Of a stretch of 53,147 nucleotides of DNA, positions 1 through 9,533 are shown in pieces. Where the stretch lies: the NCBI GenBank assembly GCA_046861395.1, contig JBHHUC010000010.1, positions 1 to 53,147 on the forward strand. The letters are read 5' to 3'. The notes beneath the pieces are model-generated. The model saw only the letters and a program-made list of their open reading frames with translations. It was not told where the DNA came from and ran no database searches. Made by a program: the position numbers and the translations under genes. How positions within the stretch are numbered: position 1 is the first letter of the stretch; each line of letters opens with the position of its first letter. Source of the DNA: Fidelibacterota bacterium. Lineage in GTDB: Bacteria > Fidelibacterota > Marinisomatia > Marinisomatales > JABMOV01.

Positions 1-1089
1 TGACCAATTGAAACGTTCTTTGTATGATTGAATAAAGGATTCCGTTTCTTCCGGAGAATGCTGAGTCAAGTATTCATGAATACCGTCGGCAATGCTCTCC
101 GGTGTTGGATCCGCAAGCTGACCAGAAAGGCCATCCGCCACCATCTGCTCCAGTCCTCCCACTCGCGTTACGACAACGGGACGATCAAAATGATAGGCAA
201 TTTGAATAATTCCACTCTGGGTAGCTGATTTGTAGGGGCAGACCACAAGATCAGCCGCACTGAAATAGCGGGCGACGTGGGAATCCGGCACAAAAGTAAC
301 CTGTAATTTGAAATGTTTCTGCATTCCAACGTTTTTGATCAATTGAGTATAAACCTTGGTATCGATATAGCTCTCCCCTACTGCAAGGTATTTACATTGG
401 ACTCCTCGGTCCGATACAATACGACTGGCTTCGATGAACAGGTCCAGACCTTTATAATCCCGAATATAGCCAAAAAATAATATCAACTTATCATTCGAGG
501 AATAACCTAAAGAAATCTTTGCTTCATCCCGGTTGATCATAGAGCCGAAAATATCATAGATGGGATGAAATGCGGTAATAATCGGTTTTGCATAATCCAG
601 GGATTTTAAATCCTGGGTAACAGAACCTGATAAGGTCACAGCCTGATCACAGACAGGTAATAGATAGGGCAGCAACCCTTTATCCATGATATGTTTTTCA
701 TGCCCGAAAACGTTATGGAATAACGTGATCCTTCGAACGGGTTTTTCCCGGTTGCGACACCAGCGCAGGACCATTCCATAAGCCGGTGCGAAAAAGGACA
801 TCCAAAAACTGGTAAGGATTACATCAGGCCCGAAACTCCTGATCTTTTTGGCTGTCCTGAACCAGGTAAACGGATTAATACTACTCAGGAGGCGTACCGC
901 CTGGATTTCCTCCCCAACCGTGTTTTCCTCATATTGAGTTTTTCCCGGAAAAAGAACAGCCGGATATTGCGTTGTAAAATTAATCGCCAGTACGGTGTGA
1001 TGAAGTGTCAGGGCACGATATAGAGCAATATTAAAATGTGAGATACCGCCGCGGAAAGGCGGAAATGGTCCTAAAATAACAATTCGCAT
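1..1089 (-). CDS. Glycosyltransferase family 4 (GT-B fold); 3' end runs off the window
   Basis: Not in the ORF track because it has no stop in the window. ATG at 1089 reads MRIVILGPFPPFRGGISHFN..., a typical GT4 N-terminus, and the frame appears open to base 1. It lies 13 bp downstream of the GT2 gene. Confidence 0.85.
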   Translation of the reverse strand, partial: MRIVILGPFPPFRGGISHFNIALYRALTLHHTVLAINFTTQYPAVLFPGKTQYEENTVGEEIQAVRLLSSINPFTWFRTAKKIRSFGPDVILTSFWMSFFAPAYGMVLRWCRNREKPVRRITLFHNVFGHEKHIMDKGLLPYLLPVCDQAVTLSGSVTQDLKSLDYAKPIITAFHPIYDIFGSMINRDEAKISLGYSSNDKLILFFGYIRDYKGLDLFIEASRIVSDRGVQCKYLAVGESYIDTKVYTQLIKNVGMQKHFKLQVTFVPDSHVARYFSAADLVVCPYKSATQSGIIQIAYHFDRPVVVTRVGGLEQMVADGLSGQLADPTPESIADGIHEYLTQHSPEETESFIQSYKERFNWS

Positions 1090-1102
1090 CCTTACCCCGG
1101 GA

Positions 1103-2056
1103 TTAATCCGAGGGATTAATTCCAACCATCTTCCGGACGCGATTTTCCTGGCCCTGGGTTGACTGTGAGATCAATTCACCCAGAAGCCCCATGGTAATAA
1201 ATTGGATACCTACCACTATCAGCATGACACCGAATAGCAATAAGGCAAAATGCTGCTGGAAGGAGCGACCAACAACATATTTCAGATAGAGAACATAACA
1301 TTCAACCAGCGATCCCAGTAATACACTGATCAGACCAAATGATCCAAACAGATGGAGGGGTTGTTGCGTATAGCGTGACAGGAATAATAATGTGATTAAA
1401 TCAAAGAATCCGTGAAAGAGTCGTGACCCACCGTATTTCGTTACACCGAATTCACGGGGACGGTGATTGACGGGAATTTCAGTAACTTTGAATTTCTTTT
1501 GTCCTGCCAGGGCCGGGATATAACGATGCCGTCCACCATAAATATCGATGGTTTTCACGACGGCTTTCCGATAAATCTTCAATCCGCAGTTAAAATCATG
1601 AATTTTTACGCCTGTCATGATACGGGTAATGAAATTGAAAACTTTACTGGGTACCGTTTTTGTCCAGGGATCCTTGCGATCAACTTTCCAGCCAGAAACC
1701 AGGTCATATCCCTGTTCCAGTTTTTGAATTAAATTGGGTATTTCCGCCGGATCATCCTGTAGATCAGCATCCATGGTAATGATAAAATCATGGCAGGCGA
1801 GTTTAAATCCTTCGGCCAGGGCCGCTGCTTTGCCATAATTCCGATGGAAAATGATACCCTTTACATGCGCCTTCTCTGCCGCTGTCTGTTCAATCCATAT
1901 AGCAGAATCATCACTGGATCCGTCATCGATAAAAATGATTTCATATACCATTTCAGCCGGTACCGCCGATTCGATTTGTCTCAGTAATTCCGGCAGTGAT
2001 TCAATTTCATTGTATACCGGCACAATAACGGACAGGGATTTCTTACTATTACTCAT
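1103..2056 (-). CDS. Glycosyltransferase family 2, polyprenol-phosphate glycosyltransferase (ArnC/GtrB/DPM1-like)
   Basis: SVIVPVYNE, IDDGSSD, RNYGK, MDADLQD (DxD) and DFNCGLK motifs; two C-terminal TM helices. Confidence 0.9.
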   Translation of the reverse strand: MSNSKKSLSVIVPVYNEIESLPELLRQIESAVPAEMVYEIIFIDDGSSDDSAIWIEQTAAEKAHVKGIIFHRNYGKAAALAEGFKLACHDFIITMDADLQDDPAEIPNLIQKLEQGYDLVSGWKVDRKDPWTKTVPSKVFNFITRIMTGVKIHDFNCGLKIYRKAVVKTIDIYGGRHRYIPALAGQKKFKVTEIPVNHRPREFGVTKYGGSRLFHGFFDLITLLFLSRYTQQPLHLFGSFGLISVLLGSLVECYVLYLKYVVGRSFQQHFALLLFGVMLIVVGIQFITMGLLGELISQSTQGQENRVRKMVGINPSD

Positions 2057-2622
2057 ATAAATTCCGATATATCATGACCCATTTTACGTGATAAAAATTG
2101 AATGACCATATTTGTTTCTTTTTTTCCTTTTACAATAATGCGTTGCAGTAATACACCATATTCGGTTGGCTCGGATTCCAATTTAATCTCTACTTCCGTC
2201 TGTATTTTGTCATACGTGGACGGTACCGGTGGAATTCCCCACAATGCATCGCGCAAATCTCGGACAGTAAATAATTTCAGCACCGGGAGCCGGGATACCA
2301 ATTGTCTGGTGGAATATTTTTGATTCTTCAACAGGTCCTGGGCCGTCAGGGAATCACCATTCATTCTGATTTCAAGAACCTGCCGTCCCAGAATATCGGA
2401 AAACCGGATACGGGTACTGTCAATCCCGGACGTAAAGCGAAACCGTAATTGTCCGGAATACATCCCCCGGGAGGTAATAATTCCTTCACCGGTGCAGACA
2501 GTGTATTCTACGCTGAGATCATTAAAAACAGGAGGATCGGCAGAGATAACCGGTGGTATCACTTTTTGCTGTATCTGTGAACACGAGATTAAAAAGAGCA
2601 TGAGGAACAGACTATATCGCAT
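2053..2622 (-). CDS. Lipoprotein, LolB-like / DUF4292-like
   Basis: Signal peptide with lipobox LISC; beta-rich segment RFRFTSGIDSTRIRFSDILGRQVLEIRMNGDSLT resembles the LolB/DUF4292 core; directly follows a TPR lipoprotein. Confidence 0.55.
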   Translation of the reverse strand: MRYSLFLMLFLISCSQIQQKVIPPVISADPPVFNDLSVEYTVCTGEGIITSRGMYSGQLRFRFTSGIDSTRIRFSDILGRQVLEIRMNGDSLTAQDLLKNQKYSTRQLVSRLPVLKLFTVRDLRDALWGIPPVPSTYDKIQTEVEIKLESEPTEYGVLLQRIIVKGKKETNMVIQFLSRKMGHDISEFI

Positions 2623-4186
2623 TTATTTTCGCAAGGATATCCTGATTGTCCTGGTCCAATTCCAACGCTCTCTGATAAGTTTCCAATGCTTTATCCGGTT
2701 CATTCTTTTTGAGATACACATCACCTAAATGCTCCAGTATAACGGCATTTGTCGGATCCAAATCCACCGATTGCTTAATGTAATCATAAGCTAACGTATA
2801 ATTCCCCAACATGTAATAAATCCAACCCATGGTGTCAAGATAAGCCGCATTATCGGGAGATAATTTATTCGCTTTCTGCGATAGTGATAGTGCATAGTCC
2901 AACCTCTCACTCCGTTCGGCCAGGCTGTAGGCATAATTGTTAAAGGCCTGGGCATCCGTTGAATCCCTGGCAATCAAATCCTCATAGATTTTATCAGATT
3001 CTTCAAATTCTTTTAAATTATCATAGATGATGGCCAAAGAATGTAAGGCGGTCGGTTCATCGGGTGAAATGGTAACGGCCCGTTTAAAAAAGATTTCTGC
3101 ATTCACATAATCCTTTACCTGGTAATAGGCTGATCCAAGAATATATTGAATACCGAATTCATCGGCGAATTGTTCTGCCGCGTCACCCAAGACAGTAATG
3201 ATTTCCTGATAGCGTTCCTCTTCAAGATATACCAGGGCCAGGTTAATATATCCCTGAGGGTTAGTGGGGAAATGCTCCGTCATCAGTCGGGCAGTTATTT
3301 CCGCCTGCTTTTTTTGTCCCAGTTCGCGCTGAATGGTCGAAATATAATGGTAGGTCAATGCATTTGCGGAATCAAGGGACATGATTTTCTCAAAATAGAC
3401 CAAAGCGGAATCCAGTTCTTTCAACTCGTAAAATATGGTTCCGATCCGTCCCAGAATATCCACTTCATCTGGTTGCAGGCGGTTCAATTCCTTAAGGGCA
3501 TGCAAGCCTTCCTGATAGTTTTCCTTTGATATGGTCAGATTGGAATAAATCTGCCAATAATTTTTATTGTCCGGCTCAACGGACACTAACTCCCTATACA
3601 ATTCATTCGCCTTATCGAAGTTCATCCAGGAAAGGGCGAGCTTGGCCGCACTTTCCAGAGCATAAACGGCGCTGGGATCCATGGCGTATACTTTTTCATA
3701 TAATTCCAGCGCTTCATCGTATTTTTCCTGCACTTTTGCCAAATCTGCCAGACCATAGATATAATCAGTATTCTTCGGATCCAGGTGGGATAAAATCCGG
3801 TATTGTTCTTCTGCTTTTTCTATTTCCTTTTGTAGCAGAAAGAAATGGGCGAGCCGTTCCCGGGCTTCAATATCCGTGGAATCAAGGCTGATCGCTTTCT
3901 GTAAATTGTTCAGGGCATGACGGTATTTCCCTAAATTCCAGTAACATTCGGCCATGGAAACATAAATGGTAGCCACATTAGGGTCATGAGCAATGGCATC
4001 CTGAAATTCCAGAATGGCCATGGCATAATTCCCCTGGTTCATCATCAATTGACCGTCCATGAAATATTTCAGAGCCTGGGAATTGGCGGCCTCTTGGTCA
4101 GTCGTCTGATTGCCTGGAGAAACAGGGGCCGGCGGATGGGTACAGGCCGCCAAAGCCATTAATAGTATAATCGTGTTCAGTTTCAT
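2612..4186 (-). CDS. Tetratricopeptide-repeat lipoprotein
   Basis: Lipobox LAAC; many TPR units; C-terminal NNYAYSLA...YLDTMGWIYY...ILEHLGDVY block characteristic of LbcA/PA4667-like TPR proteins. Confidence 0.9.
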   Translation of the reverse strand: MKLNTIILLMALAACTHPPAPVSPGNQTTDQEAANSQALKYFMDGQLMMNQGNYAMAILEFQDAIAHDPNVATIYVSMAECYWNLGKYRHALNNLQKAISLDSTDIEARERLAHFFLLQKEIEKAEEQYRILSHLDPKNTDYIYGLADLAKVQEKYDEALELYEKVYAMDPSAVYALESAAKLALSWMNFDKANELYRELVSVEPDNKNYWQIYSNLTISKENYQEGLHALKELNRLQPDEVDILGRIGTIFYELKELDSALVYFEKIMSLDSANALTYHYISTIQRELGQKKQAEITARLMTEHFPTNPQGYINLALVYLEEERYQEIITVLGDAAEQFADEFGIQYILGSAYYQVKDYVNAEIFFKRAVTISPDEPTALHSLAIIYDNLKEFEESDKIYEDLIARDSTDAQAFNNYAYSLAERSERLDYALSLSQKANKLSPDNAAYLDTMGWIYYMLGNYTLAYDYIKQSVDLDPTNAVILEHLGDVYLKKNEPDKALETYQRALELDQDNQDILAKINAI

Positions 4187-4198
4187 ATATTTTCCTGT

Positions 4199-5899
4199 CT
4201 AGGGGATAGAATGGCCATGCATGAAGACCCGGTTTCGACCAGCTTTTTTTGCTTCGTACATGGCATCGTCAGCCAGTTTTATCAACGATCGTTTTTCGTC
4301 CGCATCATCCGGAAATTGTGCCGCCCCGCCACTGATGGTTATTCTGGTTCTGATCCCGTGATCTTCAAATTCATAATTCGCAATACTGTGTAATATCCGT
4401 CGCGCTATTTGTTCCGAAAATTCCTTGGTCGTATTCACCAGAACAACCACAAATTCTTCGCCCCCGTAGCGTCCCACGACATCAATATCCCGGACGCTGC
4501 TTTGTATCAGTTTTGCTACCTGTTTGAGAATGTAATCGCCGTATAGGTGACCGTGGGTGTCATTGACATTCTTGAAATGATCAATATCCAGCATGAGCAG
4601 AACCAGCGTCTGCTGAAACCGAATTGCCCTTTGAATATCCCGGTTAAGGCGTTCCATGAACGAGCGTCGGTTCAATAATCTGGTCAGATGATCGAATGTT
4701 GCTTCTATGTGGGTTGATTTAAAATGATAAATCCAAGTCAGAATGGCGGCCACGGTATGGGCATATTCCTTTAATAATTGCAAATCCATGGGCGAAAAGG
4801 TATTCGGTTCTTCCTTTTCCAGGACAATTGATCCCAACCCATGCTGATTGAGTACCAGAGGTACGGATAAGACAGCCGGATAGGTTACAATTTCTTCATA
4901 CTCGGGTCCGAATCGGGAAAAACCGGGTAAATCTTTTTCCCAGTTATTTGTGAAAAGAATTTTTTCCTGGGAAATGGAATAACCGTGAATGGTATTCTGC
5001 AGGGGAAAACTTATTCCCTGCCAGGCATTGGCCTGTGATCCAAGAGCATAATACACTTTGGGAAATTTATCACTGGGAAGTTTGAGAGAAAGGGTAAACG
5101 CCTCAAACCGACATAAATTTGAAATAACTTTCCCGAATTCTTCGAAAACCTCCTCCAGAGGCGTTTCCTGATGAATCTCGGTATAAAGATTGAAGATGCG
5201 TTGACTGAAATGATGCAGCAATTCCAGCGATTCGATTTCTTCGACCTGGGCAATTCCTTCTTCAAACGTTCGGGCAATATTCTGAATGATGCCGGCATCA
5301 CGCTTTTCAATTTTACTGAAATGATCTGTAAACACGAATAAACAACCGAAGGGAGAGCCATGATATTTGATGCGGGCCGCCAGGAGACATTCGCTCCCAC
5401 GCCAGGTTTGTTTTTTTAATATTCCCTCCCAGTCATCCCGATTATCTTTCTCCTGATAAACAATCACTTCATCATGTTTGGTTACTTTTTTTATATACCG
5501 GTGGGAGGCTGGAATGTGGGGCTGGAAATCCCGTTTGGGAAAATTCTGTAGGATCATCTTCCCGGTCTTGGGATCGAGAAAATATATTCCGGCATCATAA
5601 CTGGGATTCAGAGCATGTATGACAGATTCGATCCGGTTGAGCCAGAAATCATAGATTTGTCTGGAATTGTCGACAGCGTCAGTATCGGGTTGGGATGGAA
5701 TATTAGAATTATCAGCCTGTTTTTCATTAGAATGGATCGTTAGCCAGTTCAGGCTCATTAAGCCCAGTAACAGTACGGCAGCAACCACAGAAAGAGCAAT
5801 GGCTAGGACGCTGAATTCGGTGCGCAGAAAAATGCTGAGCAGTATCAGCAGAGCGCTGATACCGGCCAAACTTATGTTGCGAAAGGAAAGGTTGTCCAT
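4199..5899 (-). CDS. Membrane-anchored sensor diguanylate cyclase (2 TM - GAF - GAF - GGDEF)
   Basis: DHLTRLLNRR, LDIDHFKNVNDTHGHLYGD, RYGGEEF active site and RDID I-site five residues upstream; two GAF-like segments. ATG at 5899 preferred over TTG at 5905. Confidence 0.9.
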   Translation of the reverse strand: MDNLSFRNISLAGISALLILLSIFLRTEFSVLAIALSVVAAVLLLGLMSLNWLTIHSNEKQADNSNIPSQPDTDAVDNSRQIYDFWLNRIESVIHALNPSYDAGIYFLDPKTGKMILQNFPKRDFQPHIPASHRYIKKVTKHDEVIVYQEKDNRDDWEGILKKQTWRGSECLLAARIKYHGSPFGCLFVFTDHFSKIEKRDAGIIQNIARTFEEGIAQVEEIESLELLHHFSQRIFNLYTEIHQETPLEEVFEEFGKVISNLCRFEAFTLSLKLPSDKFPKVYYALGSQANAWQGISFPLQNTIHGYSISQEKILFTNNWEKDLPGFSRFGPEYEEIVTYPAVLSVPLVLNQHGLGSIVLEKEEPNTFSPMDLQLLKEYAHTVAAILTWIYHFKSTHIEATFDHLTRLLNRRSFMERLNRDIQRAIRFQQTLVLLMLDIDHFKNVNDTHGHLYGDYILKQVAKLIQSSVRDIDVVGRYGGEEFVVVLVNTTKEFSEQIARRILHSIANYEFEDHGIRTRITISGGAAQFPDDADEKRSLIKLADDAMYEAKKAGRNRVFMHGHSIP

Positions 5900-5903
5900 A
5901 TCC

Positions 5904-5946
5904 AAATAAAAATCCCCAAGTTCAAACTTACGTAGAACTTGGGGAT
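5904..5946 (-). terminator. Intrinsic terminator after the anti-sigma gene
   Basis: Perfect 12-bp inverted repeat ATCCCCAAGTTC (5912-5923) / GAACTTGGGGAT (5935-5946) with an 11-nt loop, followed on the minus strand by TTTTATTT. Confidence 0.75.
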
Positions 5947-5953
5947 AAACAAA
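5923..5953 (-). promoter_or_regulatory. Putative promoter for the diguanylate cyclase, nested in the terminator
   Basis: Minus strand reads TTTG-N19-TAAGTTTG (equivalently TTTGTT-N17-TAAGTT), ending 23 bp upstream of the ATG. Confidence 0.5.
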
Positions 5954-5968
5954 TAACTGGTTCTTCGA

Positions 5969-6520
5969 TTAACGAGGAGAATCTTTTACAAATTTCACTT
6001 GGTTTCCAAGATCAATATTGTCATTCCGTGGTTTGATATCATCAAAAATTGTATCGTCTTCCGCTTCCGCCAGGTTTATATCAGCGGCAGATTCAGGGAG
6101 CGGGTTTTGGGATGGAATAGTCGATTCGTTGGCCATCGGCTGCGTTAAACCCGGCAAGGTTCCCGGTTCGTTGCTTTGAGGGAAAAACTGCACACCGGTA
6201 ATAATAAGACCGGCCACCATCGCAACCAGTGCCGTAGCATATAATGGAGAGAGGCCGAAATAACGCTTTTTCCTCTCTTCTTCCAGCGCCATCATGATAT
6301 TCGTATGAGCCAGTCTGGCCTTTAATTGTTCCGTAAAATCACCGGATGTCCTAATTCGGTTTAGCTTTTTCATGCGGTGCAGTATCTCCCGCATGTTATC
6401 CACCTTCTCCTGTGATTCCGGGTGTTGTTTGATATAATCCTCAAATGCTTTGCGTTGGGCCAAGCTGAGGGAATTATCGAGGTATTGTGAAATTAAGTCC
6501 TCAAATTGGTAGCGATCCAT
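5969..6520 (-). CDS. Anti-sigma factor (ZAS/zf-HC2-like N-domain, one TM, acidic periplasmic tail)
   Basis: LISQYLDNSLSLAQRKAFEDYI pattern of anti-sigma domains; single hydrophobic segment; lies directly downstream of an ECF sigma; GGAGG SD. Confidence 0.8.
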   Translation of the reverse strand: MDRYQFEDLISQYLDNSLSLAQRKAFEDYIKQHPESQEKVDNMREILHRMKKLNRIRTSGDFTEQLKARLAHTNIMMALEEERKKRYFGLSPLYATALVAMVAGLIITGVQFFPQSNEPGTLPGLTQPMANESTIPSQNPLPESAADINLAEAEDDTIFDDIKPRNDNIDLGNQVKFVKDSPR

Positions 6521-6540
6521 CTATAAGCTTTCCTCCATCG

Positions 6541-7113
6541 TTATCGATATGCTTTTAATGCTTTTTGCAATTGTAATCTTGCCCGGTTAATGCGCGATTT
6601 TACTGTTCCCAGAGGAACATTAACGATTTTACTGATTTCTTCGTATGAAAGTTCCTGGATATCTCGTAAAATAACGACTGTACGAAAATGTAGCGGAAGT
6701 TCCTGGATGGCTTCCTGCAAACGTTTCTCCGCATATTCGCCCTGCACTTCCGTTCCTGACTCATGGTCAACCCAGGGGATTTCATAATCTTTGCCATCCA
6801 CTCCAATCTGGCTGAGATAGACTGTTTTACGACGCTTCTTTTTTCGTAATTCCGTTTTTGCAAGATTGCCGGCAATCGTATAAATCCAGGTTGAAAATTT
6901 GGCTATTTCCTTGTAATAATGGCGGTGCGTATACAATTTGACCATTGTGTCCTGCACAATATCCTCTGCCAGGACTGGATCACTGATAAAGTTGTATACA
7001 AAGGCCATGAGACGATCTTTATAGCGATTTACAAGTTCAATATAGGCCTGTTCATCACCTTGCTGGAACCGGCCGATCAATTCCTCGTCAGTAAAGCGGA
7101 ATTCACTGGCCAT
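6541..7113 (-). CDS. ECF RNA polymerase sigma factor (RpoE/SigW-like)
   Basis: TDEELI...GDEQAY, AEDIVQD, KFSTWIYTIA (region 2) and LSYEEIS...VPLGTVKSRINRAR (region 4.2). Start re-called to ATG 7113 (MASEF), overlapping the holA end. Confidence 0.93.
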   Translation of the reverse strand: MASEFRFTDEELIGRFQQGDEQAYIELVNRYKDRLMAFVYNFISDPVLAEDIVQDTMVKLYTHRHYYKEIAKFSTWIYTIAGNLAKTELRKKKRRKTVYLSQIGVDGKDYEIPWVDHESGTEVQGEYAEKRLQEAIQELPLHFRTVVILRDIQELSYEEISKIVNVPLGTVKSRINRARLQLQKALKAYR

Positions 7114-8098
7114 GGCTGGCTCTGGTTTGGAGTAAAAATTGTAATAACTCGGTCTCATCATCTACTGTTTCAGATTTTATCTTTCTGTCCAGTTTCGCCA
7201 ATCGTAGTAAAGCAACTTCAATTTCCTTCAGGCTCATCCGTTGGGCATAGGATGGCAATTTTCTTACCACCGACGGTGATAATGGCATATAACCCCGTTT
7301 GCCACGAGAAGTTCCCGGACTCTGTTTGATGAACCAAAGTTCCAGATAAAAAGCGGATAAATTATATATTACGGATATCAAGGTTTCCTGCTGGCGAATC
7401 AGCATCTGTCCCAGTTCAATCGCCAGACTGTCCTTGTGCTCACCTAACGCCTGAAAGAATTCCCAGCGCTGATGCTCCCGCTGCCAACCGGAGAATTGTT
7501 TTATCCTGGCCTGCGTAATTTTTTCACCTTCATCCAGTGAGAGACAGATTTTTTTTATTTCATTATTCAAGTGGCTCAGACTGTCTCCGGCCATATCAAT
7601 CATCAGCGAAATGATATCATCAGATACATCCTGACCCTGCAGTGAGAATAGTCGTTTGGTCCATTGTCTCAAATCGGAAAACATCGGTGTTGTCGTTTCG
7701 ACCATATCGGCCATATCTGCCAGCTGTCGTAAAAATGCGGTACGTGGCTTCCATTCCGAATACATGATTACCAAACAATTCTGGCCGATTCCGGTCGTGC
7801 AAAAGGTACGTAATTGATCCTGGAATTTCTTTCCTTTTATTTTTTCCGGATGATACAGTACAAACAGTGTCTTAGGTGAGAATAAATCCAGACCGGTCAA
7901 TTGATCAAACAGATCACGCAGATTGGTTTCATCCGGATCAAGAATGACTTTATGGGGCTGCTGTTGGGTAAACAACACGTCGGTAACGCTCTGCAGGAAA
8001 TAGGTCTGTAGAAATGAATCATTTCCGTGCAGAAAATATACCGGTGCTATCTTCCCTTCCCGAATTGATTGGATTTTGGCAATAAATTTATTTTTCAT
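7103..8098 (-). CDS. holA: DNA polymerase III subunit delta
   Basis: PVYFLHGND N-terminus, DLFS, LNNEIKK and LAKLDRKIKS motifs; 331 aa. Confidence 0.85.
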   Translation of the reverse strand: MKNKFIAKIQSIREGKIAPVYFLHGNDSFLQTYFLQSVTDVLFTQQQPHKVILDPDETNLRDLFDQLTGLDLFSPKTLFVLYHPEKIKGKKFQDQLRTFCTTGIGQNCLVIMYSEWKPRTAFLRQLADMADMVETTTPMFSDLRQWTKRLFSLQGQDVSDDIISLMIDMAGDSLSHLNNEIKKICLSLDEGEKITQARIKQFSGWQREHQRWEFFQALGEHKDSLAIELGQMLIRQQETLISVIYNLSAFYLELWFIKQSPGTSRGKRGYMPLSPSVVRKLPSYAQRMSLKEIEVALLRLAKLDRKIKSETVDDETELLQFLLQTRASHGQ

Positions 8099-9530
8099 TA
8101 CGGGATGACGTCAGTATTGAAACAATGACCACCGCGGCAAAGGCCAGAATAAAACTGGTAAACCGTTCGGTAATGACCTGTTGCAGGATTGGAATATTGG
8201 ACCAGATTACCGTGGTAACAGCTCCGGTAATCATCCCAGCGACTACGCCCTGTTTCGTGGTTTTACGCCACCATAATGTTAGGACAATAGCTGGACCGAA
8301 CGAGGCACCTAGACCACTCCAGGCATAGGATACCATTTCAAAAACCAAGTTCGTGGATCGCCAGGCAAAAATAAAAGCGACGAGGCCGATGAGGAGAGTA
8401 AACACACGCCCCAGGGCTAAATAATTGATTGTCCGGTTTTTCTTCTGGTACCACTTCCCGACGACATCTTCGGTTAATATGGTTGTACTTACAAGAAGCT
8501 GGGAATCGGCCGTGGACATCATAGCGGCTATGGCTCCAGAAATGAGTACCCCGGCCAGCCAGGGATTCAATAAATGGGTGGCCATGAGCGGCATTAACTG
8601 CTCTGGATCCGACAGTATATGGATAGGCCGTCCGTCCACCAGAAAAAATCCGGCTGACAGTAGCCGGGCACCAAGCAGACCGATAAATAATGATCCGAAA
8701 AAGGCCGGGACGGCCCAGGCAATGGCAATCCTGCGACTGATACCAATATTCTTCACCGAATTGATGGCCATATAGCGGGCGACCAAATGCGGCTGTCCCA
8801 GATAACCCAGTCCCCAGCTCAAGCCGCCAATGGCTGCGATTATGGCACCCCAGCCGATTTGGGATCCGAAAATTGTTGACCAATCCATAATTGGAGCTGA
8901 GCCAACTACGGACGGTAATTCCACCAAGGCCGTCAGTGGTAATATAACCAACGTACCAATCATGATGATTCCCTGAACCAGATCAGTCCAGGCTACAGCC
9001 AGAAATCCGCCCAGAATCGTGTAACAGATAATGATGACCGCCCCAATGACCATACCCTGCATGTGGGTCAGGTTGAAAGTGACATGCAATACTTTCCCGG
9101 CGCCTGAGAATTGGGCCGCCACATAGAAGGTAAAGAAGAAGGTGATGATCAGGGAGGACAACCAGCGAATGGTCCCGTCTTCATCATTGAACCGTTTGGC
9201 CAATAACTCGGGCAGGGTCAGTGCCCCATACTGTTCGGTGATTCGGCGCAATGGTTTGGCAATGATGATCCAGGACAGAATAATGCCGGTAACACATCCA
9301 ACCACCGTCCATAATTCCAATAATCCGGCCATGAGTGCCGCTCCTGGCAATCCGACGATTAACCAGGCCGATTCTCCCGAAGCACGTTCGGAAAAAGCAA
9401 TGACCACCGGACCCAGCCGGTTTCCGCCCAGCGCAAAATCTTTGATATTTTTTGTTTGACGTGATGTAATAAATCCGATAACCAGAATCAGTACCAGATA
9501 GGCGATGAATGTAATGGTAATAATTCCCAT
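8088..9530 (-). CDS. putP: Sodium/proline symporter (SSS family)
   Basis: SERASGESAWLIVGLPG, GGFLAVAWTDLVQG, GLGYLGQPH and AAMMSTADSQLL motifs; about 13 hydrophobic segments. Confidence 0.85.
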   Translation of the reverse strand: MGIITITFIAYLVLILVIGFITSRQTKNIKDFALGGNRLGPVVIAFSERASGESAWLIVGLPGAALMAGLLELWTVVGCVTGIILSWIIIAKPLRRITEQYGALTLPELLAKRFNDEDGTIRWLSSLIITFFFTFYVAAQFSGAGKVLHVTFNLTHMQGMVIGAVIIICYTILGGFLAVAWTDLVQGIIMIGTLVILPLTALVELPSVVGSAPIMDWSTIFGSQIGWGAIIAAIGGLSWGLGYLGQPHLVARYMAINSVKNIGISRRIAIAWAVPAFFGSLFIGLLGARLLSAGFFLVDGRPIHILSDPEQLMPLMATHLLNPWLAGVLISGAIAAMMSTADSQLLVSTTILTEDVVGKWYQKKNRTINYLALGRVFTLLIGLVAFIFAWRSTNLVFEMVSYAWSGLGASFGPAIVLTLWWRKTTKQGVVAGMITGAVTTVIWSNIPILQQVITERFTSFILAFAAVVIVSILTSSRNEK

Positions 9531-9533
9531 GAC

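Noticed and set aside
28..228. 66-aa plus-strand ORF
   Set aside because: Lies antisense within the GT4 gene that the ORF track missed.
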